From contig DAIEIZ010000007.1 in assembly GCA_027351145.1 (NCBI GenBank), positions 1 to 41,641 of the forward strand: a stretch of 41,641 bases of DNA, written 5' to 3'. Positions 28,934 through 37,821 of the stretch are shown piece by piece. Source of the stretch: Candidatus Moraniibacteriota bacterium. GTDB lineage: Bacteria; Patescibacteriota; Minisyncoccia; Moranbacterales; UBA2206. Position numbers and translations under genes: made by a program. A model generated the notes under the pieces. That model was not told the origin of the DNA. It made no database searches and saw only the letters and a program-made list of their open reading frames with translations. The first letter of the stretch is position 1; each line of letters begins with the position of its first letter.

Positions 28934-30646
28934 TTATTTTTCAAACATTTTTTTCCAAGTAAATAAACGCGCTATTTGCATTTTTTCCGTTGGTATTTCC
29001 GATTGGGATTCATCTTGTCTTTGAGCGATAATCGATCCAACTCTCGGCTCGAGATGATAAACAGCAAGCGTGCCAAAATTTTGCTCTTCAGAAATAGCAA
29101 ATTCCTTGGAATGTTTTCCAATTCCTTCGCCGGAAAAAGCAATCACAAAATAATTGCCCTCCGCATACACAGACCGCCCATCCATTGCACTGCGATATAC
29201 TATTCCATCTTTTTCCAAATGATACCAAAAAACTGGCTCATATTCATGCTTGGCCGCTAGATATACCGGGTAACCATTTTGTCGCACTCTGGCTTTAATA
29301 TAATCCAGAATAGAATATTGCTGGGCAAGGGTAATTCTTGCCGTATTAGGAAATATATCCTCCGTTTCCACTATCAACGGCTGTTTATTCACTACTTGCA
29401 ATTGCCAAAAATATTGTCTCAGACCTTGAACATTTCCCGCAATAGCCATAAAAACTAACATGATTGATAAGACAAGACCGATAGTATGGAATTTCATAAT
29501 TAACAGTTTTTCCAAGATAAGTCCCAGGAAAATAAACGGTAAAATAGTCACTCCAAGAAAAAATCGCGGATACATTGTATGATCAATTCGCAAAAGAGAA
29601 AGAAAATATAAGGTAGAAACGAAAAATAATATGGCGGAAAAATAAAGAAAATCTTTGCGCTTTTGGTCTTTCTCTTTTTTCAGATTCAACAAAAGAATAG
29701 TCGCCGCTATTCCTAAAAAGATTAATGCCAAGACTCTCCAAGGAAAATCATCCCCCGCTCCAAGACCATAACCACTTAATTTATGACTGGCATTAATATG
29801 ATCAATTCCCGTTAAAATCAAAGAATATTCTGAAGCATCATGCTGAAATGCTTTCGCTATATCTTTTCCCAGAAAAAGTTTTTCACGCGGACCCCTATCT
29901 ACTTTTTCAAAAAAATAATTAAAATTTTGTCCATGATTTATTATGTCACTAATGACCATGGGCGTGTAAGCCACCAGAATAATAAGGACAGCGGAAGCCC
30001 AAATTCGCAACTTAAAACGTGGGCGCTTTAGAAATAAAAAAACAACAGTCACTGCGGGAAAAATAAAAAAAGCATTAAAATGAATTTGAGTTATAACTGC
30101 CAAGAGAAAAATGGCAAGCAAGAACCATCTATCTTTTTTTATCTCTTCCCTGTCGACACTGCGCAAAAATGCGTAAGCAAAAGCCAAGCTAAGAAACGGC
30201 AGCACATTCGGACTCCAAGAAAAACGCGCATAGGCTACAAGATACAAAGAGCTGGCGTAGATCGAAAGAAGCACTAACGAAACGGTCGCGGAAAAATATC
30301 TTCTGCAAAAAAAATAAAACAAAGGCAGAGAAAGAATGGAAAAAATCAAAACAAGCATAGCATGCCCTGACGGCGTATTGCCAAAAAGCATGGCACTGGC
30401 GTATTCCAAATAATAAAAAGCGGGTCCGAGGCGAAGCGCCCTTCCTCCGCCAGCAGTCGGTCCAAGCAATGGAAGACTGCTGATGCCATTTTCTACCGCT
30501 TGAGCCACTATGCGCGTGTCATAGACCTGGTCAATTTCAAAATGCAGCCAGTCCGAAAAATGATAAGCGCGTAAAAAAATACCCACTCCAATTATTACGA
30601 TAAACGCCAACATTTCCCATTTTTTTATTTCAAATTTTCGAAACAT
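28934..30646 (-). CDS. GT-C glycosyltransferase (ArnT/PMT-like, GT83/GT39)
   Basis: IFLRAYHFSDWLHFEIDQ, LLGP, LGPAFYYL, RFSWSPN, QIH; many TM helices. Confidence 0.8.
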   Translation of the reverse strand: MFRKFEIKKWEMLAFIVIIGVGIFLRAYHFSDWLHFEIDQVYDTRIVAQAVENGISSLPLLGPTAGGGRALRLGPAFYYLEYASAMLFGNTPSGHAMLVLIFSILSLPLFYFFCRRYFSATVSLVLLSIYASSLYLVAYARFSWSPNVLPFLSLAFAYAFLRSVDREEIKKDRWFLLAIFLLAVITQIHFNAFFIFPAVTVVFLFLKRPRFKLRIWASAVLIILVAYTPMVISDIINHGQNFNYFFEKVDRGPREKLFLGKDIAKAFQHDASEYSLILTGIDHINASHKLSGYGLGAGDDFPWRVLALIFLGIAATILLLNLKKEKDQKRKDFLYFSAILFFVSTLYFLSLLRIDHTMYPRFFLGVTILPFIFLGLILEKLLIMKFHTIGLVLSIMLVFMAIAGNVQGLRQYFWQLQVVNKQPLIVETEDIFPNTARITLAQQYSILDYIKARVRQNGYPVYLAAKHEYEPVFWYHLEKDGIVYRSAMDGRSVYAEGNYFVIAFSGEGIGKHSKEFAISEEQNFGTLAVYHLEPRVGSIIAQRQDESQSEIPTEKMQIARLFTWKKMFEK

Positions 30647-30661
30647 AGTTGTGATTGGCTT

Positions 30662-31360
30662 TTACTGTTTAATAAAACGCTCTAGAAATTCCATTTCTTC
30701 ATCTCTTTCTGGGTGAAAAATAACTTCACTTTCTTTATTTAAAGGCAGTTTAAAGATTTTGTTAAAATTTTCCAGCCAATCAAAGCTAATCATCAAATCA
30801 GAAGAGGCCAGCTTGGATGCTAAAAACAGTTTCCGATTGCTTCTCCTGAATGAATTCAAAATAAAGCAAACAAGGCTTCTTAGCGGGTAGGACTCCGTAC
30901 CAAGTCTCAGATAATTTATCCCATACTTTTTTGAAAGCACGATAACAATTTTGAAATAGGGCGGGAAAAAGTGAACGTGTTGATGAGAGCTGATGCCATC
31001 CGGCGACTTCCCGAATAATTCTCGAAAATGTTCAATTTGCCCCTCCCATTGTTTTTGCATGGAAGCAGGATTGGTTCGTCCAGAACAATAATTGAAACCA
31101 AATGAAATTACTCGCTTGAAAACACCGTCTTTTATCTTGCGATTAGGATCGATATCATTCCGCAAGTCAATATGGATATCTAGTTTTACATTAGAAGCTA
31201 AGATTTTTTCAATCTCCCGAATTGCTATTCTGCCATGAGGCATTATGGAAATCCGATCGATTTTTCCGGTTTCCAGCAATTGCAACATATTTTCATTAGC
31301 TTTTTGACTTATGCCAAAATCATCCAGCGAAAGAATAATATTTTTTTGTTTTATTAGCAT
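30662..31360 (-). CDS. ChbG/YdjC/HpnK-family carbohydrate deacetylase
   Basis: SLDDFG, IHIDL, SSHQHVH, EVIFHP. Confidence 0.85.
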   Translation of the reverse strand: MLIKQKNIILSLDDFGISQKANENMLQLLETGKIDRISIMPHGRIAIREIEKILASNVKLDIHIDLRNDIDPNRKIKDGVFKRVISFGFNYCSGRTNPASMQKQWEGQIEHFRELFGKSPDGISSHQHVHFFPPYFKIVIVLSKKYGINYLRLGTESYPLRSLVCFILNSFRRSNRKLFLASKLASSDLMISFDWLENFNKIFKLPLNKESEVIFHPERDEEMEFLERFIKQ

Positions 31361-31425
31361 GGATTTTAAATTTATGGCGACTTTCTTACCTCTGATTATG
31401 GCTTATAAATTCAAACGCAAAAAAC

Positions 31426-31443
31426 ACCCAAGAGACCTTGGGT
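31426..31443 (-). terminator. Probable terminator of the system 2 transcript
   Basis: Minus strand acccaag-gtct-cttgggt followed by gtttttt. Confidence 0.55.
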
Positions 31444-31445
31444 TT

Positions 31446-31477
31446 ATAATAAATTCGCAGCATGAAGAAAAGATGAA
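31446..31477 (-). promoter_or_regulatory. Response-regulator box 5 plus -10 element (deacetylase and GT-C operon)
   Basis: TTCATcttttcTTCAT, 10 nt, TATTAT. Confidence 0.7.
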
Positions 31478-31493
31478 GAAACAATGGCAAGAT

Positions 31494-32516
31494 TTAAGAA
31501 GAGATTATTGGAAAACTCACCCGAATTTCCGTTCCAACATTCAACCGGCTACTTATTGAAAGTTTTCCGTGATGATTTTCGGTAATTTCTTTAACAATTG
31601 AAAGTCCGAGACCGGAGCCACCCATCTCTTGCGAACGAGTTTTGTCCGCCTTATAGAATGCTTCAGTAATATGCGGAAGATCTTCTTTGGAAATACCAAC
31701 TCCGGTGTCCGCCACCGAAATCTCCAACTGATTCCCTGCTCTTCTAACAGCCACTTCGACTTTTCCGCCAGGAGAAGTATAATCAATGGCGTTTTTAAGA
31801 AGGTTAAAAAACAGTTTTTCCAAATCCAACCGACTCCCTTTTATGCTGCCATCAACAATTTCACCGGCAGCTAGCAATACACCCTTATTTTTTGCCAAGT
31901 TTTTAAAATTTTCTATCATTTTTTCCGCCAACTTCCCCAGTGCAATTTGCTCCAGTTGCTGATTTGGCATAGCATTATTTCGAGAAAGAAAAAGAAGTTG
32001 CTCCACCATCTTAGACATGCGATCAATCTCCTCAAGATTGCTTTTTACCAACACGCGAAACTCTTGCAAATCTATTTTGCTTTTTCTCAAAATCACTTCG
32101 CAATCAGTTTTCATAATTGTCAGCGGTGTGCGCAAATCATGCGAAGCATTGGCGGTAAAACGCCTTTGCTCCTCCAGTGTGTTTTCGATTGGCCGCAAAT
32201 TTTTTCTCGCCAAAAAAAATGCCAAACCGCCAGAAATAATCAAAAGAATGGCGTTTCCTACCGCAAAAGCTTCCCTCACCTGAGTATCCGCTTTTTGAAT
32301 AGCAGTTTGCCGAGAGGCATGCCCTTTAAACTCCTCATCAATCGCATCTTTGATATTTTTTTGTAAGCTGAAATAAAGACCGACGCTAAAAGCAGCGAGG
32401 ATCACTGCAATAATGAGCACATAGAGAAAGGTGAGTTTTAGGCGCGCCCAAAGAAAAAGATTATTCCTTGAACCGATAGCCCACCCCGTGAATCGTTTCA
32501 AATAATTTTTTGCCAT
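31494..32516 (-). CDS. Sensor histidine kinase 2 (two TM helices, short outer loop)
   Basis: H-box ANASHDLRTP, NLLKNAIDY, DTGVGI, GSGLGL. Confidence 0.93.
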   Translation of the reverse strand: MAKNYLKRFTGWAIGSRNNLFLWARLKLTFLYVLIIAVILAAFSVGLYFSLQKNIKDAIDEEFKGHASRQTAIQKADTQVREAFAVGNAILLIISGGLAFFLARKNLRPIENTLEEQRRFTANASHDLRTPLTIMKTDCEVILRKSKIDLQEFRVLVKSNLEEIDRMSKMVEQLLFLSRNNAMPNQQLEQIALGKLAEKMIENFKNLAKNKGVLLAAGEIVDGSIKGSRLDLEKLFFNLLKNAIDYTSPGGKVEVAVRRAGNQLEISVADTGVGISKEDLPHITEAFYKADKTRSQEMGGSGLGLSIVKEITENHHGKLSISSRLNVGTEIRVSFPIISS

Positions 32517-33135
32517 TATTTTTGCTAAATTTATTTCTTAAATTTTTAACATGCACATCAACAATATTACTGAAAGATTCAAAGGCAAAATCCCACAAAT
32601 TACCAAGAATCTGCTCTCGATTTAACACTTGACCGGGATGGCGCATAAAATATTCCAAAAGACCAAACTCTTTAAGCGTCAATGGGATTTCTTCGCTAAA
32701 ATAAGTAACCCTCCGCGAAACGCTATCTAATTTAATGCCGTGTCGGCTTAATTCTAGCGGCATAACGGAAGGCGGCCTTCGAAGCAACGCCCTGATTCGC
32801 GCAGTAAGCTCATCAAAAGAAAAAGGTTTTACCAAATAATCATCAGCCCCGCAGTTGAGACCAAAAATTTTGTCCTCCGTTGTATCTTTGGCCGTAAGCA
32901 TTAAAACTGGAATGTAAATATTCCAGTCTCTCCAATTCTTACAAATAGTCAACCCGTCATGCCCCGGCAACATCAAATCCAAAATTACCAGGTCATAATC
33001 TTGATGGCTAGACGCTATCCTTCTCTGCCCCGCCTCTCCTTCCAGAAAAAAATCAACGGAATAGCCCTCTTGCTCTAGTCCTTTTTTGATAGATTTGACC
33101 AATTTTTGGTTGTCTTCGATAATGAGTATTTTCAT
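32461..33135 (-). CDS. OmpR/PhoB-family response regulator 2
   Basis: IEDN, LDLMLPGHDG, GADDYLVKPF, TIHGVGY. Confidence 0.95.
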   Translation of the reverse strand: MKILIIEDNQKLVKSIKKGLEQEGYSVDFFLEGEAGQRRIASSHQDYDLVILDLMLPGHDGLTICKNWRDWNIYIPVLMLTAKDTTEDKIFGLNCGADDYLVKPFSFDELTARIRALLRRPPSVMPLELSRHGIKLDSVSRRVTYFSEEIPLTLKEFGLLEYFMRHPGQVLNREQILGNLWDFAFESFSNIVDVHVKNLRNKFSKNNGKKLFETIHGVGYRFKE

Positions 33136-33143
33136 ATCCTTCC

Positions 33144-33175
33144 AGCATCATACATGAAAATGAAGAAAAGATGAA
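33144..33175 (-). promoter_or_regulatory. Response-regulator box 6 plus weak -10 element (autoregulation of system 2)
   Basis: TTCATcttttcTTCAT, 10 nt, GATGCT, 8 nt, ATG 33135. Confidence 0.65.
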
Positions 33176-33203
33176 GAGAAAATAAAATCAAGGCAGCAAT
33201 TCT

Positions 33204-34763
33204 TTATTTCAAAATAAGAATAGCTTGCCGAGAAAATTGCCTGCCGGAAATTATCTCATGACCTTTCACTGCTTGGCCGGGAATAATTTTTCCATTATTA
33301 TTCTCAATATAATAAAGTGGCGAGTGCTGGCTTGAATTATCCAAATTAATCGCTTTTATAAATTTAGCGTCAATATTTGCCTGATTCAAAAAATATTTAA
33401 CAGGCAAATAAAACCGGGGTCCAATCCTTGTTTCTCCGGAAAAAAACAAGGATGATGAATTTCCTCTAGTCGCCAAAACGTATTGCGCCATAAGTTCAAC
33501 CTCTCCCAATGTGCTATTTTTTGCATCATCCTGCAAACCATCCCGATAGCTAATTGCCGCAGTAAAATCCCTAATAAGAGAGAAACTTAGTAATACAAAA
33601 ATCATCCCGACGGCAATTCTGCGCCCTATTTTTCCATATCCGATCTGAATCGCTTCAATAATAAGTCCAAAAAGAACAAAGGGAACTAAAAAAATAATCA
33701 AAAAATATCCCACAAAAATTATTTTAGCAATGGGAACTAAAATAATAAAAGTCACCAGATTAAAAAGCAAAACCAAGCCCAAGAAATTTTTTTTCTTCAG
33801 TTCTTTCGTTTTGCGAAAATTGCGCCAAAGCAGAAAATAGCCCGTCACGGAAAATAACACGCCAAGCGTCATTTCGAGATAATAAAGATATTCGCCGTTT
33901 CCTCTGCTTAAAGGCGACCTAAAAACATTTCGGCAAGATATATCATCTCCAACAGAAGAAAGCGTATAAGCATTGGCCTCAACCTGGCAAGCGGAAATAT
34001 AAAAAGCTTCCATTGCAAGATTTCCTTTTGTTTTTGAATCACTCCTGAATCCGGCAAAGAATTGGCGGGAATTAAACCAATTCGAACCAAATTCTGACAC
34101 TATTTGACTAGTGTTGAAGATAAGAGAAATTATAATTATTATCGCTAAATTTTTCCAAATACCCGGATACTTTTTAATCAGCAGATATACGAATACGCAA
34201 AACGTCACTATAGGCATGATTACTAAAAAAGTCGTGTGCAACTGCACGCCCACCCCCAAACTGATTCCGATTAAAATAACCCACAGCAGGTTCTTTTTTC
34301 CCCGATTATTCAAAATTTTTAGCATCGCATAAAAATACGTCAGCAGAAAAAAGGGCATGAGATTGGGGTTGGAAGAAAAACGAGAGTTAATGACCAAGAA
34401 ATAGGAGACGCTCATTAGGACAGTCAAAGCCAATGAAAGCGTTTTATTAAAATATTCTTTCAAAAATAAAAACAGAAGCGGAATAGCTAAGATCGAAAAA
34501 ATGAGACTAGGGTAAGCCATGGCAACAGGATTATTCCCAAATATTTTTTCCGAAATAAAAGAAAAATAATAATACATCGGTCCTAAAAGAAAATTTGTGT
34601 TACCAGCATTGGGACCGAGAAAAGGTAAGGGATTTTTATTTTTCAAAGCATCACTGATTATTGCGGCATCCCTAGATTGATCACCGCCGAATCTTAGCCA
34701 ATCATGAAAATGATAGGCACGCAAAAAAATTCCCAGAAAAACAACCAGGGACAAAAGTAGCAA
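33204..34763 (-). CDS. GT-C glycosyltransferase (ArnT/PMT-like), paralogue of 28934..30646; start uncertain
   Basis: IFLRAYHFHDWLRFGGDQSRD, FLGP, LGPMYYY, RFSSNPN, QLH. Confidence 0.8.
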   Translation of the reverse strand: MLLLSLVVFLGIFLRAYHFHDWLRFGGDQSRDAAIISDALKNKNPLPFLGPNAGNTNFLLGPMYYYFSFISEKIFGNNPVAMAYPSLIFSILAIPLLFLFLKEYFNKTLSLALTVLMSVSYFLVINSRFSSNPNLMPFFLLTYFYAMLKILNNRGKKNLLWVILIGISLGVGVQLHTTFLVIMPIVTFCVFVYLLIKKYPGIWKNLAIIIIISLIFNTSQIVSEFGSNWFNSRQFFAGFRSDSKTKGNLAMEAFYISACQVEANAYTLSSVGDDISCRNVFRSPLSRGNGEYLYYLEMTLGVLFSVTGYFLLWRNFRKTKELKKKNFLGLVLLFNLVTFIILVPIAKIIFVGYFLIIFLVPFVLFGLIIEAIQIGYGKIGRRIAVGMIFVLLSFSLIRDFTAAISYRDGLQDDAKNSTLGEVELMAQYVLATRGNSSSLFFSGETRIGPRFYLPVKYFLNQANIDAKFIKAINLDNSSQHSPLYYIENNNGKIIPGQAVKGHEIISGRQFSRQAILILK

Positions 34764-34819
34764 GTCCAGCTTATTCTTTTTTAAATAAAGTTTTATATTT
34801 TTATATATTCATTCGCTCT

Positions 34820-36025
34820 TTATTTTTCATAAAGATAGAAGAAGTCTTTTTCATAACCGTTCAGATATTGTCTTGATCCATCCTGCAAATCCTTCGTTAG
34901 CGTAGTAGATGTATATTTTCCAAATCCCGTCGGCTCGAAGATATTAAAGCGCACCCAGATTGGATTGATATCCAATTGAATTGCATTTACCGCTCCCGCC
35001 GCTTTCAGGGCATTGGCTAGAGTCACGGGCGTAAGATTATTGCCGACAGCAAAAAGCAAGTTCCCCTCCTTGGTCAAGCCAATTCCCGATCGCCAGGTAT
35101 AGATATCGGTTGTTCCCGCTGCCAAGCGACCCCATAACACTTTGTTTCTCGGATTAGCTACCGAAATCTCACCATCAGTGATAAGCATTGGACAATTTTG
35201 ACGAACAAATGCGACACTACCACCCAATGATTGTCCGTCATAATTAATGATTCTCAATGAACCATCGCTATTTTCTACTAATGTTCCCAGGTCATTTTTG
35301 AGTGGAAGATAGGTTGTATTTTCAACAATCATTCCATAAGCACCATCCTTATATTGAAAACCTCCATCGAAAGCAGCAATCAACTTTCCGCTGTCAATAA
35401 TATCTTTAGGGATAACTCCCGGGCCAGGCTTTCCTACCGGTCCGCCCGGCTGCTTTGTTCCCGCTACGCTACCCATGCGCATCACATGCATGTCCATCTG
35501 AACAATCGTAGTAATGGCATAGGAACGATCGGGATCAGGACGAACAAAAGTATGCGCCATCACCTCTTTGTCCGGAAACAAACTCAAGGGATGATTATGC
35601 CAAATCCCCTCCCCATCAAGTGGCTCAAAATTATTATTCATTTTTAGCGGTGTCAGGTTAAGATTTCCTCCTGCAATATTGCTCCCTGAGTTTTGATCGG
35701 TAAACTGAGGCGCCTTATCAGAATTAGAATTATCCGTCAGGCGCCTTGCAAGATCAGAAGTGTTAAAAAATATTTTTTCCAAATAAACAATATTACTATC
35801 TCCCAATATGGGTCGCAAAACATTGTCAGTCAGTTGAGCTGCGGCCGAAGTATCAAACCTTAAAAACAGAACACCGCAAACAAATAACGCAAAAAAGGAT
35901 AAAACGATAACCCTTATCCACCTAAAAACCAAGTCTTTTCGCTTGCGCTTTGTCTTCGTTTTTATCTCTTTTTTCTGGCACCTAGCTGGCGTTATTACTT
36001 TTTGAGAAACGCTATCCATTATCAT
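34820..36025 (-). CDS. Membrane-anchored phosphodiester glycosidase (NAGPA)-like protein
   Basis: N-terminal TM helix; AAFDGGF, TWRSGIG, GAVNAIQLDIN; start ATG 36025 or 36019. Confidence 0.6.
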   Translation of the reverse strand: MIMDSVSQKVITPARCQKKEIKTKTKRKRKDLVFRWIRVIVLSFFALFVCGVLFLRFDTSAAAQLTDNVLRPILGDSNIVYLEKIFFNTSDLARRLTDNSNSDKAPQFTDQNSGSNIAGGNLNLTPLKMNNNFEPLDGEGIWHNHPLSLFPDKEVMAHTFVRPDPDRSYAITTIVQMDMHVMRMGSVAGTKQPGGPVGKPGPGVIPKDIIDSGKLIAAFDGGFQYKDGAYGMIVENTTYLPLKNDLGTLVENSDGSLRIINYDGQSLGGSVAFVRQNCPMLITDGEISVANPRNKVLWGRLAAGTTDIYTWRSGIGLTKEGNLLFAVGNNLTPVTLANALKAAGAVNAIQLDINPIWVRFNIFEPTGFGKYTSTTLTKDLQDGSRQYLNGYEKDFFYLYEK

Positions 36026-36144
36026 AGCCAAATGAAAAAATTACTCACTGTTTTTATTTGATACAAAGCCAGTATATCTCCTTATATATTCACAACCAAG
36101 AAATGCGCATATTTTCCATAACTGCACGAGTTTCTCATTCTTGT

Positions 36145-36459
36145 TCAGTTTTGCAAATCACTGACGGAAGCATCCCCACTGGCATCGGGAATTGTCAAGT
36201 CGGGATTTACCGTGCTTTGATTTTGGTTTTGACTTGCCCCGGATGAAGTCATACCGCCTTTCGAAGTCTTAGCCGTCACACCTTGTTTTTTCTCTTTACC
36301 AGAAGCTACACCAGCAGCCTTGATTGCTTTCGAAGAAATCAATTTACTCTTTTCATACTTAGCTCCCACGTAAAACATCACACCGTCAACAACAATCAAA
36401 AGTGCCGATAAAGCTAATATCGTTTTCTTATACCCCAAAAATTTTCCTTCTAGATTCAT
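36145..36459 (-). CDS. Small single-TM protein with a low-complexity tail
   Basis: ATG-started; TM helix ending FYVGAKY; directly downstream of box 7. Confidence 0.7.
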   Translation of the reverse strand: MNLEGKFLGYKKTILALSALLIVVDGVMFYVGAKYEKSKLISSKAIKAAGVASGKEKKQGVTAKTSKGGMTSSGASQNQNQSTVNPDLTIPDASGDASVSDLQN

Positions 36460-36494
36460 ATTTCATCTTATTATTTAATTAACTCAGCTATTTA

Positions 36495-36526
36495 AATCTA
36501 ATCGTCAAAGATGAAGAAAATATGAA
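36495..36526 (-). promoter_or_regulatory. Response-regulator box 7 plus -10 element
   Basis: TTCATattttcTTCAT, 10 nt, TAGATT. Confidence 0.7.
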
Positions 36527-36546
36527 ATTTTAAAGAATTCAGTTTT

Positions 36547-37251
36547 TTAACGCCTGATGCCCATCTTGCCAAAGTTTTTCAAAATTGCGCTTTGAATCTT
36601 TTCTAAGTCAATCTTTTTGCCTTTTGTTTTCTTTTTTAAGTTCTTATCCAAGATCATATCTTCGCGATATTCTTGTAAATAATAAGCCTTAGCGCCAGAT
36701 AGCCATTTGGCAATTTTCAAAAAGTCTTTTTCCGTGTGGATGCCCGGCACAACCGTAGTACGAAATTCATAGAGCAGACGACTATTTTTGATCAGATCCA
36801 CACTCAGCCTTATTCTTTCAATATCCACTTTCAAGCCTACAGTTTCACTGTAACGTGCGGGTTGATTTTTAATATCCATCGCCACAAAATCCAAAAGTTT
36901 CAGGTCAAGCAACTTTTTTAAAATATCCGGTCGAGCACCGTTAGTATCCAATTTGACCAAATATCCCAATGCCCGCACCTTTTGGATAAACTGAACCAAA
37001 TCCGGCTGTAACGTCGGTTCGCCACCGGTAATACAAACCCCTTCCAATTTTCCTTTCCGTTTTTTTAAAAACTCAAAAAATTCTCGTTCTGTCTTATTTT
37101 CCGTTCCAGAAGCAAGCTGACTAGCACCTAAAACCAATTCCGGATTATGACAAAATGGGCAATGGAAATTACAACCCACTGTGAAAACAGTTGTTGCCAA
37201 GTGCCCGGGAAAATCAATCAGCGTTAATTTTTGGTAACCGCCTATATTCAT
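36547..37251 (-). CDS. nrdG: Anaerobic ribonucleotide reductase activase (radical SAM)
   Basis: GCNFHCPFCHNP (CxxxCxxC), ITGGEPTLQ, LDTNG; downstream of nrdD. Confidence 0.93.
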   Translation of the reverse strand: MNIGGYQKLTLIDFPGHLATTVFTVGCNFHCPFCHNPELVLGASQLASGTENKTEREFFEFLKKRKGKLEGVCITGGEPTLQPDLVQFIQKVRALGYLVKLDTNGARPDILKKLLDLKLLDFVAMDIKNQPARYSETVGLKVDIERIRLSVDLIKNSRLLYEFRTTVVPGIHTEKDFLKIAKWLSGAKAYYLQEYREDMILDKNLKKKTKGKKIDLEKIQSAILKNFGKMGIRR

Positions 37252-37378
37252 ACTAATAATATTATCTGTAATTATAAATTTTTCTCGCTTCTAAAAATAA
37301 ACTTTTCTTTTATGTCCAGGATAAAATTCAGGGCAAAACAGCTCATAGAACCATTTTGCCCCGCTATCTTTCTTGATT

Positions 37379-37642
37379 TTAGCAAACGCAGGTTGCATCA
37401 TTCAGCTTAAACTCCTTGCGATCATCAAATTCGGCTTGTTTGCCACCATTCCATTGAGCGACTGGGCGGATATAGCCCACGACACGGGAATAAACCTCCG
37501 TTCTTTGAAAATTTCTCAGAATCGGATCTGCTTGATGACATTTTTTACATTTGCAAAACTCACCGCTCTCCACCGCATAATTCATATATTCTTCGTTCAT
37601 CTTCAGCTCACGACCACAATCATGACAAACTTGTTTTTTCAT
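37379..37642 (-). CDS. Stand-alone NrdD C-terminal domain: Zn-ribbon-type cysteines plus glycyl-radical loop (87 aa)
   Basis: MKKQVCHDC...CKKC...TEVYSRVVGYIRPVAQWNGGKQAEFDDRKEFK; likely start ATG 37642. Confidence 0.85.
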   Translation of the reverse strand: MKKQVCHDCGRELKMNEEYMNYAVESGEFCKCKKCHQADPILRNFQRTEVYSRVVGYIRPVAQWNGGKQAEFDDRKEFKLNDATCVC

Positions 37643-37821
37643 ATTATTTTTGGTTTCATTGAGAGTAATTTTAATTTCGCCCAACAAAACATTTTTTTAA
37701 TTTTTTATATTTTGCTTTTCTCCACCTTAAATTCCTTGCGATCATCAAATTCGGCTTGTTTGCCACCATTCCATTGAGCGACTGGGCGGATATAGCCCAC
37801 GACACGGGAATAAACCTCCGT
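37413..37821. repeat. Exact 89-bp direct repeat: 37413..37501 = 37733..37821
   Basis: Base-by-base comparison at offset 320; extends to 96 bp with one synonymous mismatch. Confidence 0.95.

Noticed and set aside
26601..36526. Recurring ATGAA-N6-ATGAA sequences as a CRISPR array or mobile repeat
   Set aside because: Only 16 bp, dispersed, no spacers or cas genes; the fixed distance to -10 hexamers fits operator sites
37331..37361. gggcaaaa...ttttgccc hairpin between the small nrd ORF and nrdG as a terminator or riboswitch
   Set aside because: Large loop, no immediate U-tract on the minus strand and no recognisable riboswitch motif; at most a stability element
37413..37821. Diversity-generating retroelement (template/variable repeat pair, with the four-helix-bundle gene as Avd)
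   Set aside because: The copies are identical rather than varying at adenines, both are coding, no reverse transcriptase is in the window, and the bundle gene is 37 kb away
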